This document shows positions 1 through 8,164 of a stretch of DNA of 43,886 bases, piece after piece. The stretch spans positions 1-43,886 of the forward strand of contig JBDRVU010000001.1 of assembly GCA_039802085.1 (NCBI GenBank), read 5' to 3'. A program made the position numbers and the translations under genes. This stretch comes from a candidate division WOR-3 bacterium. GTDB taxonomy: Bacteria > Hydrothermota > Tepidihabitantia > Tepidihabitantales > JBDRVQ01. Every line of letters begins with the position of its first letter. The first letter of the stretch is position 1. The notes beneath the pieces are model-generated. The model saw only the letters and a program-made list of their open reading frames with translations, ran no database searches and was not told the DNA's origin.

Positions 1-2
1 TT

Positions 3-557
3 AAGGAAGGTGGCTCTCTCATCTATGCCGATGTTGACCGAAAACTCTATGCCATCAAGGGTGGCAATACCTATGAGTTCTGGCAGTATAAACCAACAAA
101 TGATTCCTGGTATCAAAAGGAAGATGTCGGACAACCGACCGGCACCCCAATGAAAAAGATAAAGGGTGGCGGCTCTTTAACCTATTCTTCCTATGTTGAC
201 TTCATCTATTGCACCATCGGCAATAACACCAATGAGTTCTGGCTCTACGGTGGACCATTTGCCGGAATAACCTCCACACCAAAGGTCTCCATAATGAGTT
301 CTGAGTCAAAAGAAACACCTTCTCTCGCAATTAACTCCAATCCAATGAAGGGTCCAATTAGCATCTTCTATACTCTACCAAAAAACGAGATGGCAGTTCT
401 CAAAATCTACAATGTCTTGGGTGAAATGGTCTACTCGGCAAAAGGTAATAATGGTCTCTTTACCGTCGGCAAACTCCCAACTGGTATCTACCTCTTAACC
501 TTTGAGTCCACCTCCGGCAGATACAAAGAAGAGAGGAAGCTAATCGTCGTGAGATAA
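3..557 (+). CDS. 3' part of a secreted beta-propeller/Kelch-like repeat protein ending in a T9SS (Por) C-terminal sorting domain; the 5' end lies outside the window
   Basis: Frame 3 is open from nt 3, with no stop before the ATG at 150 used by the ORF track. The translation shows repeated strands (KLYAIKGGNTYEFWQYKP; TIGNNTNEFWLYGG). A ~70-aa tail (ISIFYTLPKNEMAVLKIYNVLGEMVY...LPTGIYLLTFESTSG...KLIVVR) fits the T9SS type-A CTD pattern. Confidence 0.75.
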   Translation, partial: KEGGSLIYADVDRKLYAIKGGNTYEFWQYKPTNDSWYQKEDVGQPTGTPMKKIKGGGSLTYSSYVDFIYCTIGNNTNEFWLYGGPFAGITSTPKVSIMSSESKETPSLAINSNPMKGPISIFYTLPKNEMAVLKIYNVLGEMVYSAKGNNGLFTVGKLPTGIYLLTFESTSGRYKEERKLIVVR

Positions 558-574
558 ACATTCCCTAAAAGGAG

Positions 575-608
575 ACGCCCCGGAATCCCTCCGGGGCGTT
601 TTTATTTT
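575..608 (+). terminator. Rho-independent terminator after the T9SS-CTD gene
   Basis: ACGCCCCGG (575-583), loop AATCCCT, CCGGGGCGT (591-599), then TTTTTATTTT. It lies 18 nt after the stop at 557. The opposite strand has a short T-run (CTCCTTTT), so it may work in both directions. Confidence 0.85.
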
Positions 609-646
609 AACCACTCACTTTTTGTTTTTGTAAAAACCTTACACCT

Positions 647-992
647 TAAATCAAAAAACCGAATACTTCGCCCCCATCCCTTTTATTCTCAAAATTGGAC
701 TCTGAATTAGAAATGGGATTGGACATTTTCTTAGGCTTTTTTTTAGACAAGAAATTGGTGATAAAATTAGACCTTTTTTCCCGAGAGAAATTGGGGGAAA
801 AATTAGACCTTTAACTTGGGGGAAAACTACCCATTAAAGTAGAGAAGGGAACTAAGGAAAAAGGTGGGAGGGGAGGTAATAGAAGAGGCGGTGGTAGGGC
901 TCACCTTAAGTTCAATCCAAAGATAAGTAAGTTATTGAAAATAAAAAACTTAAAAATAAATACCTCTTTTTAATAGGCGACTTTTATGTCGC
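647..992 (-). repeat. Copy 1 of a ~345-bp intergenic element with a phased 12-nt C(T/C)AAT array (core on the minus strand), a purine/pyrimidine-skewed block and a terminal hairpin
   Basis: ATT(A/G)G occurs at 694, 706, 718, 730(cttag), 742(tttag), 754, 766, 790, 802 and 814(acttg), all exactly 12 nt apart. The reverse complement aligns by eye over its whole length with 26339-26686. Hairpin: GCGAC(977-981)-TTTTAT-GTCGC(988-992). Confidence 0.8.
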
Positions 993-1094
993 ATTTCTTA
1001 TTAAAAGCACTAAAATTATACGATTTTTATCAAAAATATCTTATGATAGAAAAACCTACACTCCCTACTAGAAACTAATGGAGAGCCTAAATAG

Positions 1095-1107
1095 TTATAA
1101 TGATATC
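1095..1107. promoter_or_regulatory. Possible Fur-box half site upstream of fur-feoAB
   Basis: TTATAATGATATC contains ATAATGATA, which matches 9 consecutive positions of the classical Fur box GATAATGATAATCATTATC. The second half does not match. It lies ~45 nt upstream of the -35. Confidence 0.25.
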
Positions 1108-1149
1108 TAAAGAAACAGAAAAGGTCTTCGTCTCTCAACCTTTTTCCAC

Positions 1150-1177
1150 TTGACTTTTGTTAAATATCTTTTAATAT
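1150..1177 (+). promoter_or_regulatory. Sigma70-type promoter of fur-feoAB (probably a leaderless transcript)
   Basis: TTGACT (1150-1155), 16-nt spacer, TAATAT (1172-1177). The ATG at 1183 lies 5 nt after the -10, with no SD in between. Confidence 0.55.
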
Positions 1178-1182
1178 TTATT

Positions 1183-1632
1183 ATGAAAATGAAATGCAAT
1201 TTCAAAATAAGAGATAAAACCTCCTTAGATAATTTCTTAAAAAAGGAGGGGCGGAAGAATTCCGCGAAGCGAAATCTTATCATCAACTCCTTCTTGCTTG
1301 ATGACCGTCACTATTCGATTGAGGAACTTTACCAGCGGGTAAAAAAATTAAACCCCGAAATTAGTTTCTCCACCGTCTATCGCACCCTAAAATTACTCAC
1401 CGCCTGGGGCTTGGCTTACGAAAGACGCTTTGACGAGAAAAATATCCGTTTTGAACCCGCACACCAAGCAGAACATCACGACCATTTCGTCTGTTTGAAA
1501 TGCGGAGAGATTTTGGAGTTTAATGACCCGCGGATTGAAAAACTTCAGGAAAAAGTAGCCAAAAAATATGACTTTGCTGTGCTGCGTCATAAATTGGAAC
1601 TTTACGGTTATTGCCGGAGGTGCCAAAAATGA
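1183..1632 (+). CDS. fur: Fur-family metal-responsive transcriptional regulator
   Basis: Winged-helix segment STVYRTLKLL, HHDHFVCLKCG and CRRC metal-site motifs, ~150 aa. The track ORF starts at TTG 1150, but that TTG is the -35 hexamer. The in-frame ATG at 1183 is preferred. Confidence 0.88.
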   Translation: MKMKCNFKIRDKTSLDNFLKKEGRKNSAKRNLIINSFLLDDRHYSIEELYQRVKKLNPEISFSTVYRTLKLLTAWGLAYERRFDEKNIRFEPAHQAEHHDHFVCLKCGEILEFNDPRIEKLQEKVAKKYDFAVLRHKLELYGYCRRCQK

Positions 1633-1880
1633 GAAAGATAGATTTAACGCAAATGAAAGAGAACGAAAAAGGGATAATTGTGGAACTTCTCGGTGGGTGT
1701 GGCTTTTTAAGGCGGTTAGAAGTCTTAGGCATAAGAAAAGGGAAGGAAGTGAAAAAAATTTCCAAACAGTTGCTGGGTGGACCGGTAATCATTCAGGTTG
1801 GCAACACCCAAGTTGCCCTCGGTTGTGGTATGGCAAAGAAAATTATTGTAGAAATAAAAAATAAGGAAAAGAAAGATTAA
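1629..1880 (+). CDS. feoA: FeoA-family small SH3-like iron transport protein
   Basis: Matches the FeoA pattern (GIIVELLGG..FLRRLEVLGIRKGKEV...VIIQVGNTQVALGCGMAKKIIVE). ATG 1629 overlaps the fur stop (ATGA), and feoB lies immediately downstream. Confidence 0.85.
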   Translation: MRKIDLTQMKENEKGIIVELLGGCGFLRRLEVLGIRKGKEVKKISKQLLGGPVIIQVGNTQVALGCGMAKKIIVEIKNKEKKD

Positions 1881-1924
1881 GGATTTCCGAAAATGAGATG
1901 AAACACATCTACACTTAATCGTTA

Positions 1925-3631
1925 ATGAGAAAGATACTTTTAATGGGTAATCCCAATGTGGGGAAAAGTGTCATCTTCTCCCGTCTGACCGGCACTTATG
2001 TCGTTACTTCTAACTATCCCGGAACGACTGTGGGATTTACCAAAGGTTATACCAAAATCAATGGCGAAAAGGTAGAAGTGATTGATGTGCCCGGAGCCTA
2101 CACCTTAGAACCAACGAACACCGCGGAGGAGGTAGCAGTAAAGATGTTAGAGACCGCCAGCCAAGAAAAGGAGAATGTTGTTATTCAGGTGATTGATGCC
2201 ACCAATTTGGAAAGAAATCTCATCCTCACCTTACAACTTTTGAGTCGGAACCTTCCTCTCCTTATCGCCTTAAACCTTTGGGATGAGGCAAAGCATTTAG
2301 GGATTCAAATTGACTTTCAAAAATTAGAAGCAATCCTCGGCGTCCCGGTAGTGCCAACCGTCGCCATCACCGGCGAAGGGATTAAAGAACTGAAAGAGAA
2401 AATCCCAAAAGCGAAAAAAGGGAGATGCCTAACGGGCGAGAAATGGCAAGAGATTGGGAAGATTATTGATGAAGTCCAAAGGGTTAGCCATCGGCACCAT
2501 ACCTTCTCCGAGAAATTGAACGACTTAACCATCAGACCAGCGACCGGTTTGCCCCTTGCTTTGATTATTCTCTATCTCATTTTTCTTCTTGTCCGCTTGG
2601 GTGGAGAAAATTTAACTACCTATCTCTTAGACCCAATATTTAATAAACTCTATCTCCCACTTATAACCAAAATCATTACCCAAATCTCCCCTCCGAAATT
2701 CTTTCTTGAAATCCTACTCGGTAAAACTTTGGAACCCTTAAGTAGTTTTGGTCTTTTAACAACTGGACCTTATATCCCCTTCGTGATTGTTTTGCCCTAC
2801 CTTTTTATCTTTTATTTACTCTTAAGCCTTTTAGAAGATATTGGCTACCTGCCCCGTTTAGCCACCCTTCTTGATACATTTCTTCATCGTCTTGGTGTGC
2901 ACGGTTATTCCTCCGTACCGATTATTTTAGGTTTTGGTTGTAAAGTCCCCGCGCTTCTTGCCACTCGCATCTTAGAAACAAAAAGGGAAAAGGTAATTAC
3001 CACCGCTTTAATTATGATGATGGCACCCTGCCTTCCCCAAAGTGCGATGATTGTCAGTTTAATTGCCCCTTATGGCACAAAATATCTCTTCCTAATCTTC
3101 AGCCTTTTATTCTTTCTCTCCCTTTTCGTTAGTTTCCTTTTAAGTAAAGTTTTATCCGGCGAAACCTTAGAACTATTCTTAGAAATCCCCCCCTATCGCC
3201 GACCGATATTTTCCCTTCTTGGCAAAAAGACCTGGCTCCGACTGAAAGCCTTCTTAAAGGAAGCGGTCCCTTTAATCTTCGGTGGCGTTTTTCTAATCAG
3301 CATCTTAGAACTTTTTGGGATAATAGATTTTATCGCAAAATTTTTGGGAAAACCTCTCCTCTACCTCCTGGGATTACCAGAAAGGACAATCGGTGTTATC
3401 GTCACGGGATTTCTCAGAAAGGATGTGAGTATTGCTCTTCTCTCCCTTCTTAATTTAACCCCAAAACAACTTATTATCGCCTCCCTCTTTCTCACTCTTT
3501 ACCTCCCCTGCCTTTCCACCTTTTTTGTGATGGGTAAGGAATTGCGTCTAAAGAATTTATTTCAGGTAGTCGTAATCCAATTTTTCTCGGGACTTTTTGT
3601 CGGATTTCTTCTTAACCACATACTAAATTGA
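1925..3631 (+). CDS. feoB: Ferrous iron transporter FeoB (G-domain plus polytopic membrane domain)
   Basis: N-terminal GNPNVGKS P-loop and DVPG, followed by a long hydrophobic permease region. Sits in feoA-feoB context. Confidence 0.95.
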   Translation: MRKILLMGNPNVGKSVIFSRLTGTYVVTSNYPGTTVGFTKGYTKINGEKVEVIDVPGAYTLEPTNTAEEVAVKMLETASQEKENVVIQVIDATNLERNLILTLQLLSRNLPLLIALNLWDEAKHLGIQIDFQKLEAILGVPVVPTVAITGEGIKELKEKIPKAKKGRCLTGEKWQEIGKIIDEVQRVSHRHHTFSEKLNDLTIRPATGLPLALIILYLIFLLVRLGGENLTTYLLDPIFNKLYLPLITKIITQISPPKFFLEILLGKTLEPLSSFGLLTTGPYIPFVIVLPYLFIFYLLLSLLEDIGYLPRLATLLDTFLHRLGVHGYSSVPIILGFGCKVPALLATRILETKREKVITTALIMMMAPCLPQSAMIVSLIAPYGTKYLFLIFSLLFFLSLFVSFLLSKVLSGETLELFLEIPPYRRPIFSLLGKKTWLRLKAFLKEAVPLIFGGVFLISILELFGIIDFIAKFLGKPLLYLLGLPERTIGVIVTGFLRKDVSIALLSLLNLTPKQLIIASLFLTLYLPCLSTFFVMGKELRLKNLFQVVVIQFFSGLFVGFLLNHILN

Positions 3632-3655
3632 CAGGATAAAAATATCTTTTATAAT
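3628..3655 (+). promoter_or_regulatory. Consensus sigma70-type promoter for tRNA-Leu (and probably tig)
   Basis: TTGACA (3628-3633, overlapping the feoB stop TGA 3629-3631), 16 nt, TATAAT (3650-3655). The tRNA 5' end lies 8 nt downstream. Confidence 0.7.
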
Positions 3656-3663
3656 AATAAGTG

Positions 3664-3745
3664 GCGAGGATGGCGGAATTGGCAGACGCACTGGATTTAG
3701 GATCCAGTGAGGCAACTCGTGGGGGTTCAAGTCCCCCTCCTCGCA
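3664..3745 (+). tRNA. tRNA-Leu, anticodon TAG (reads CUA/CUN), class II with long variable arm
   Basis: Acceptor GCGAGGA/TCCTCGC, anticodon stem CTGGA/TCCAG with loop TTTAGGA (anticodon 3698-3700), long variable arm TGAGGCAACTCGTG, T arm GGGGG-TTCAAGT-CCCCC, discriminator A. No encoded CCA. Confidence 0.93.
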
Positions 3746-3764
3746 TAATTTACTAATCTTCTTT

Positions 3765-4994
3765 ATGGAATTGACGATTAATCAAAGAAAAGAATACCTA
3801 AAGGAAATTTCCGTAGACATTGAGTCCGGCGAATTAGATAAAAAGATTGATGAAGTATTGAAGGAATATAAGGATAAAATTTTCTTGCAGGGTTTTCGGA
3901 GAGGTAAAGTTCCCCTAAAAATTATTTTAAGAAAATTAGGGAAGGAATTGGAGGCGATTGCCGCTCAAGAGGTAATTGACGAAACCCTTAGAAAAATTGT
4001 GCAAGAAAAGAACCTGCGTCTGGTGCAGGAAGCAAGGATTACGGACTTTGAAATTAAACCCGATAAATCCCTTCACTTTACCGCCCTCTTAGAGGTCTTC
4101 CCGGAATTTGACCTGAAAGAATATAAAGGGATTCCTCTTATTCAACCGGAAATTACCGGATTCGATGAGGAATTTGAAAGAAGAGTCCGCTCCCTTCAAG
4201 AGAAATGCGCCATCTACCACAGCACGGATAAACCTGCGGAAAATGGTAATATCCTATTTTTAGATTACAAGACCTTTTGGGGGGAAGAAGAATTACAAAA
4301 TATCTCCGCTCATCGCTTCCGCTTGGGTGATGAGCATAACTTTCCTGAACTGAACGAAGGACTCCTGGGTGTCAAACGCGGGGAGAAGAAAGAAATTCTG
4401 GTCAAAATACCCGAAACCTTCCCTAACGAAAAAATTGCTGGGAAAGAGGTTCGTTTTGAAATTTTTGTCCGAGATATAAAAGAAGAGGAACTACCGGAGT
4501 TGAATGAAGAATTCGCCCAAAGTTTAGGTTATAATAGCCTAACTCAGTTGGGAGACGAGATAAAACGTTCCATACTTGATGAATGGGAAGAGATCCGCCT
4601 TTCTCTTTTGAAAAAGGAAATAGAAAAATACCTCTTAAACGATTACGATTTTGAACCCCCCGAATCCTTAGTGGAAAGAGAAATTAGCCTTCTTCTTGTA
4701 GAAAATAAACTCCCGGACGATGAAGAAACAAGGAAAAAGATATACCCAACAGCAAAAAATCGGATAAAATTATGGCTGATCCTCTCACGCATCGCGGAAA
4801 AAGAAAATTTAATGCCCACCAAGGAGGATACCGAAGAGTTTCTCAATCAACTTTCCCTTTCCCAAGAAGAAAAAGAGAAATTGGCGGAGAGCCAATTTAT
4901 TAAAGAAAAAATTTTGGTAGAAAAGGTGATGAATTTTCTCATCAAAGAAGCCCAAATAGGAGGAGAAGATGTATTACATACCAATCGTGATTGA
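3765..4994 (+). CDS. tig: Trigger factor
   Basis: N-terminal ribosome-binding signature GFRRGKVP, ~410 aa acidic protein, conserved tig-clpP-clpX order. Confidence 0.9.
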   Translation: MELTINQRKEYLKEISVDIESGELDKKIDEVLKEYKDKIFLQGFRRGKVPLKIILRKLGKELEAIAAQEVIDETLRKIVQEKNLRLVQEARITDFEIKPDKSLHFTALLEVFPEFDLKEYKGIPLIQPEITGFDEEFERRVRSLQEKCAIYHSTDKPAENGNILFLDYKTFWGEEELQNISAHRFRLGDEHNFPELNEGLLGVKRGEKKEILVKIPETFPNEKIAGKEVRFEIFVRDIKEEELPELNEEFAQSLGYNSLTQLGDEIKRSILDEWEEIRLSLLKKEIEKYLLNDYDFEPPESLVEREISLLLVENKLPDDEETRKKIYPTAKNRIKLWLILSRIAEKENLMPTKEDTEEFLNQLSLSQEEKEKLAESQFIKEKILVEKVMNFLIKEAQIGGEDVLHTNRD

Positions 4995-5589
4995 ACAGAC
5001 CGGCCGTGGCGAAAGGGCTTATGACATCTACTCCCGCCTTTTAAAAGAAAGGATTATCTTTTTAGGTTCCCCGATTGATGACACCGTGGCAAATTTAGTA
5101 ATCGCCCAACTCCTCTTCTTACAAGCCGAAGACTCGGAGAAAGATATCTATCTCTATATTAACTCCCCGGGTGGTTATATCTCATCCGCTCTGGCAATTT
5201 ATGATACAATGCAATTTGTCCGTCCTAAAATTTCGACAATCTGTATGGGTATGGCAGCAAGTGCCGCAGCGGTTCTTTTAGCCGCCGGCACACCAAAAAA
5301 GAGACTGGCTTTACCCAATTCCCGAATTATGATTCACCAACCAGAAATCCACGGTCTCTCCGGACAGGCAACCGATATTCAAATCCATGCCCGGGAAATT
5401 GCCCGACTGAAAGACCGGTTGAACGAAATTTTGGCTAAACACACCAATCAAACAAAAGAAAAGATTGAACACGATTCCGACCGGAACTTCTTTATGTCTG
5501 CCGAAGAAGCCAAAGAATACGGCATCATTGATGAAATTATTACGAGAGAAGATGAATCAAAAAGAACCGTCTCGGAAGAAAAAAGATAA
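4969..5589 (+). CDS. clpP: ATP-dependent Clp protease proteolytic subunit
   Basis: [30 protein letters not shown], catalytic-Ser context MGMAAS, IHQP. SD GGAGGAG lies 4 nt before the ATG. Overlaps the tig end by 26 nt. Confidence 0.97.
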   Translation: MYYIPIVIEQTGRGERAYDIYSRLLKERIIFLGSPIDDTVANLVIAQLLFLQAEDSEKDIYLYINSPGGYISSALAIYDTMQFVRPKISTICMGMAASAAAVLLAAGTPKKRLALPNSRIMIHQPEIHGLSGQATDIQIHAREIARLKDRLNEILAKHTNQTKEKIEHDSDRNFFMSAEEAKEYGIIDEIITREDESKRTVSEEKR

Positions 5590-6802
5590 AATCCGCTGCT
5601 CCTTCTGCGGTAGAACCGAAGAAGCCTGCCGGCGTCTCATCTCAGGAAGAACCGGCTATATCTGCGATGATTGTGTCCGCATCTGCCATAATTTCTTAAA
5701 GGACGAAGAGAAATACCGCCCTCTTTCTCAAACCCAGCGATTAGCCTCTCCCCCAGAGATAAAAAGATTTTTAGATGAATACATCATTGGCCAGGAAAAG
5801 GCAAAAAGGGTCATATCGGTAGCGGTTTATAATCACTACAAAAGAGTCTTCTCGCCCCCGACCGATGTGGAAATGGAAAAAAGTAATATCTTACTCATTG
5901 GTCCCACCGGTGTCGGCAAGACCTTATTGGCGGAGACCTTAGCCAAACACCTCAATGTCCCCTTTTCCATCTCCGATGCCACTCCTTTAACCGAAGCCGG
6001 CTATGTCGGTGAAGATGTGGAAAATATCCTCCTTCGGCTTATCCAAGCCGCAAATTTTGATATCTCCTTAGCGGAAATTGGTATTATCTATATTGACGAA
6101 ATTGATAAAATAAGCCGAAAATCGGACTCTCCTTCTATCACCCGCGATGTCTCCGGAGAAGGAGTCCAGCAGGCACTCTTAAAAATCCTGGAAGGGACAA
6201 CTGCGCACTGTCCACCCCAAGGCGGTCGTAAACATCCCGAAGCACCTTTCATTCCCATTAATACCAAAAATATCCTCTTCATTGCTGGGGGCACATTTGA
6301 AGGATTAGAAAAAATTATAGAAAGAAGGCTTCGCCAGACAAGTTTGGGATTTCATGCCCCAGAAGTAAAGAAAACCACAACCGAAGAGATACTATCCCAA
6401 GTTGAGCCAGAAGATTTACTCCAATACGGATTTATCCCAGAATTTATTGGTCGCTTTCCGGTTATCGCCACTTTGCAACCCCTATCAAAGGAGGCGCTCG
6501 TTGAAATATTAACCAAGCCCCGCAATGCCTTAATCAAACAGTTCCAGCGCTATTTTGAAATGGAAGGTGTTAAACTTACCTTCACCATGGAAGCGCTGAA
6601 TAAAATTGCTGAATTAGCCATAAAAAAAGGAACTGGTGCCCGTGCCTTAAAAACGATTTTGGAAAATGCGATGCTTGAGATAATGTTTGCATTACCCACC
6701 TTGGCTTCTGAAATTAGTGAGTGTATCATCACCCCGGAGGTAATTACCGGCGAAAGCCAACCCACTTACATTGAGAAATCAAAAAGAAAAAGGGCGGAAT
6801 AA
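5552..6802 (+). CDS. clpX: ATP-dependent Clp protease ATP-binding subunit ClpX
   Basis: N-terminal zinc finger CSFCGR...CDDC, Walker [17 protein letters not shown]. The track ORF starts at 5465 inside clpP. The in-frame ATG at 5552 ([20 protein letters not shown]) is preferred. Confidence 0.96.
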   Translation: MNQKEPSRKKKDKIRCSFCGRTEEACRRLISGRTGYICDDCVRICHNFLKDEEKYRPLSQTQRLASPPEIKRFLDEYIIGQEKAKRVISVAVYNHYKRVFSPPTDVEMEKSNILLIGPTGVGKTLLAETLAKHLNVPFSISDATPLTEAGYVGEDVENILLRLIQAANFDISLAEIGIIYIDEIDKISRKSDSPSITRDVSGEGVQQALLKILEGTTAHCPPQGGRKHPEAPFIPINTKNILFIAGGTFEGLEKIIERRLRQTSLGFHAPEVKKTTTEEILSQVEPEDLLQYGFIPEFIGRFPVIATLQPLSKEALVEILTKPRNALIKQFQRYFEMEGVKLTFTMEALNKIAELAIKKGTGARALKTILENAMLEIMFALPTLASEISECIITPEVITGESQPTYIEKSKRKRAE

Positions 6803-6816
6803 TTAATTTTAACCTA

Positions 6817-8109
6817 ATGGTCAATATCCCCAAAATCATATTACTTTTCCTTATTAGCCTCTTACCCGCCTTTGCCCAAAAGGGAAGTCTTGAGGTCTGG
6901 GCGAAGATTACCTCGCGGGCTACCAAAAAGCAATTGCCCATCGTTATCGCTGAGTTCAATCAACCAAAAGAAGTCTCCCCTTCATTACTGGAAATGACAA
7001 AAAATTTAAGAAAGGTGATTGAAGATGACCTTGACTTCTCTTTATATTTCCGCATCGTTTCTTCGGAAAAAAATTACAATACTGAAGAAGGAAAGATTGA
7101 ATTTACTAAATGGGGTCAAAGCGGAGCCAAAGTTTTAATTTGCCCGGATTTATTTACGAAGCGCGGTGTGGTAAATATCAAAATTCGGGTTTACGATATT
7201 GAGATGCACAAGAAGTTAAAGGAATTCAATTATGGCTATTTTGGTGATTGGCGCTGGCTCGCCCATACCATTGCCGATGATTTAATTAAACTACTGACCG
7301 GAGAAGAAGGAATCTGCCGGACAAAAATTGCCTTCTCTCATAAAAAAGGCAAAACTAAGGAACTGGCTATTATTGACTACGATGGAGCAAATTTTATCCC
7401 TCTAACCAATGATGGCGGATTAAAACTCTATCCGGAATGGTCACCCAATAATGATGAGATTGCCTATTCCGCTTATTCCGGAACAAACTTAAACCTTTAC
7501 GCCTATAACCTAAAGATGCGCCGCTCCCGACTCATCTCTGCTTCCCCAGGATTAAATACTACTCCGGCTTATTCGCCAGATGGTAAATATATCGCTTGTG
7601 CTATCACTGCGGAACGTTCCTTAGACCTTTACCTTGTAAGTGGCGATAAGAAAAATCGGCTCACCTATGGTCACTCCATAGATATCTCCCCTTCCTTCTC
7701 CCCTTCCTCCCGACAGATTGCTTTCTGTTCCGACCGGGCCGGTAGCCCCCAGATTTATCTAATTGACATTGATGGCACAAATCTTTATCGACTCACAACC
7801 TCCGGTTCTTACAACACATCCCCTTGTTGGTCGCCAAAAGGCGATTTGATTGCCTATACCAGTAGGACAAGTGATGGCCGGAACCAGATCTTTATCACTG
7901 ATGTCAGCGGTAGTTTTTATCGGCAACTCACATTTGAAGGAAACAACGAAGAACCATCATTTTCACCAGACGGTTTACATATCACCTTCTCTTCCAATCG
8001 GAGTGGCTCTTGGGAAATTTGGGTGATGCACTGGGATGGCTCCGGGCAAAAGAAACTCACCAACCTCGGTGGCGCCTTTTCCCCTTCCTGGTCAAAGAGG
8101 TTCCAATAA
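6817..8109 (+). CDS. TolB-like periplasmic beta-propeller protein (PD40 repeats) with signal peptide
   Basis: Signal peptide IILLFLISLLPAFAQ. Repeated (W/Y/F)SP(D/N/K)G..IA(Y/F) blades (EWSPNNDEIAYSAY, YSPDGKYIACA, FSPSSRQIAFCSDR, WSPKGDLIAYTS, FSPDGLHITFSSNR). Confidence 0.8.
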   Translation: MVNIPKIILLFLISLLPAFAQKGSLEVWAKITSRATKKQLPIVIAEFNQPKEVSPSLLEMTKNLRKVIEDDLDFSLYFRIVSSEKNYNTEEGKIEFTKWGQSGAKVLICPDLFTKRGVVNIKIRVYDIEMHKKLKEFNYGYFGDWRWLAHTIADDLIKLLTGEEGICRTKIAFSHKKGKTKELAIIDYDGANFIPLTNDGGLKLYPEWSPNNDEIAYSAYSGTNLNLYAYNLKMRRSRLISASPGLNTTPAYSPDGKYIACAITAERSLDLYLVSGDKKNRLTYGHSIDISPSFSPSSRQIAFCSDRAGSPQIYLIDIDGTNLYRLTTSGSYNTSPCWSPKGDLIAYTSRTSDGRNQIFITDVSGSFYRQLTFEGNNEEPSFSPDGLHITFSSNRSGSWEIWVMHWDGSGQKKLTNLGGAFSPSWSKRFQ

Positions 8110-8129
8110 GAAGAACTCCATATTTTCTC

Positions 8130-8157
8130 TTGAAGATTAAGAATTTTCCATTATGAT
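8130..8157 (+). promoter_or_regulatory. Putative promoter of lepB (very short or absent leader)
   Basis: TTGAAG (8130-8135), 16 nt, TATGAT (8152-8157). ATG 8165 lies 7 nt after the -10, with no SD. Confidence 0.45.
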
Positions 8158-8164
8158 ATAACCT

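Noticed and set aside
868-930. A small ORF after the SD-like GGGAGGGGAGGT in copy 1 (GTG...VVGLTLSSIQR*) with a similar VVVGLTLNLS* in the reverse complement of copy 2.
   Set aside because: Only the first ~6 codons are shared. Differences beyond that are not codon-patterned, and length and stop differ. It looks like conserved nucleotide sequence rather than a conserved peptide.
5465-5551. N-terminal extensions in the ORF track: clpX from 5465, murE from 40847, murD from 38285, rsmD from 26715, coaD from 27262, rsmH from 43799, GT4 from 24523, membrane protein from 26229.
   Set aside because: Each extension overlaps the upstream gene or a promoter and lacks an SD. Internal in-frame ATGs give canonical N-termini and either SDs or ATGA/TGATG coupling.
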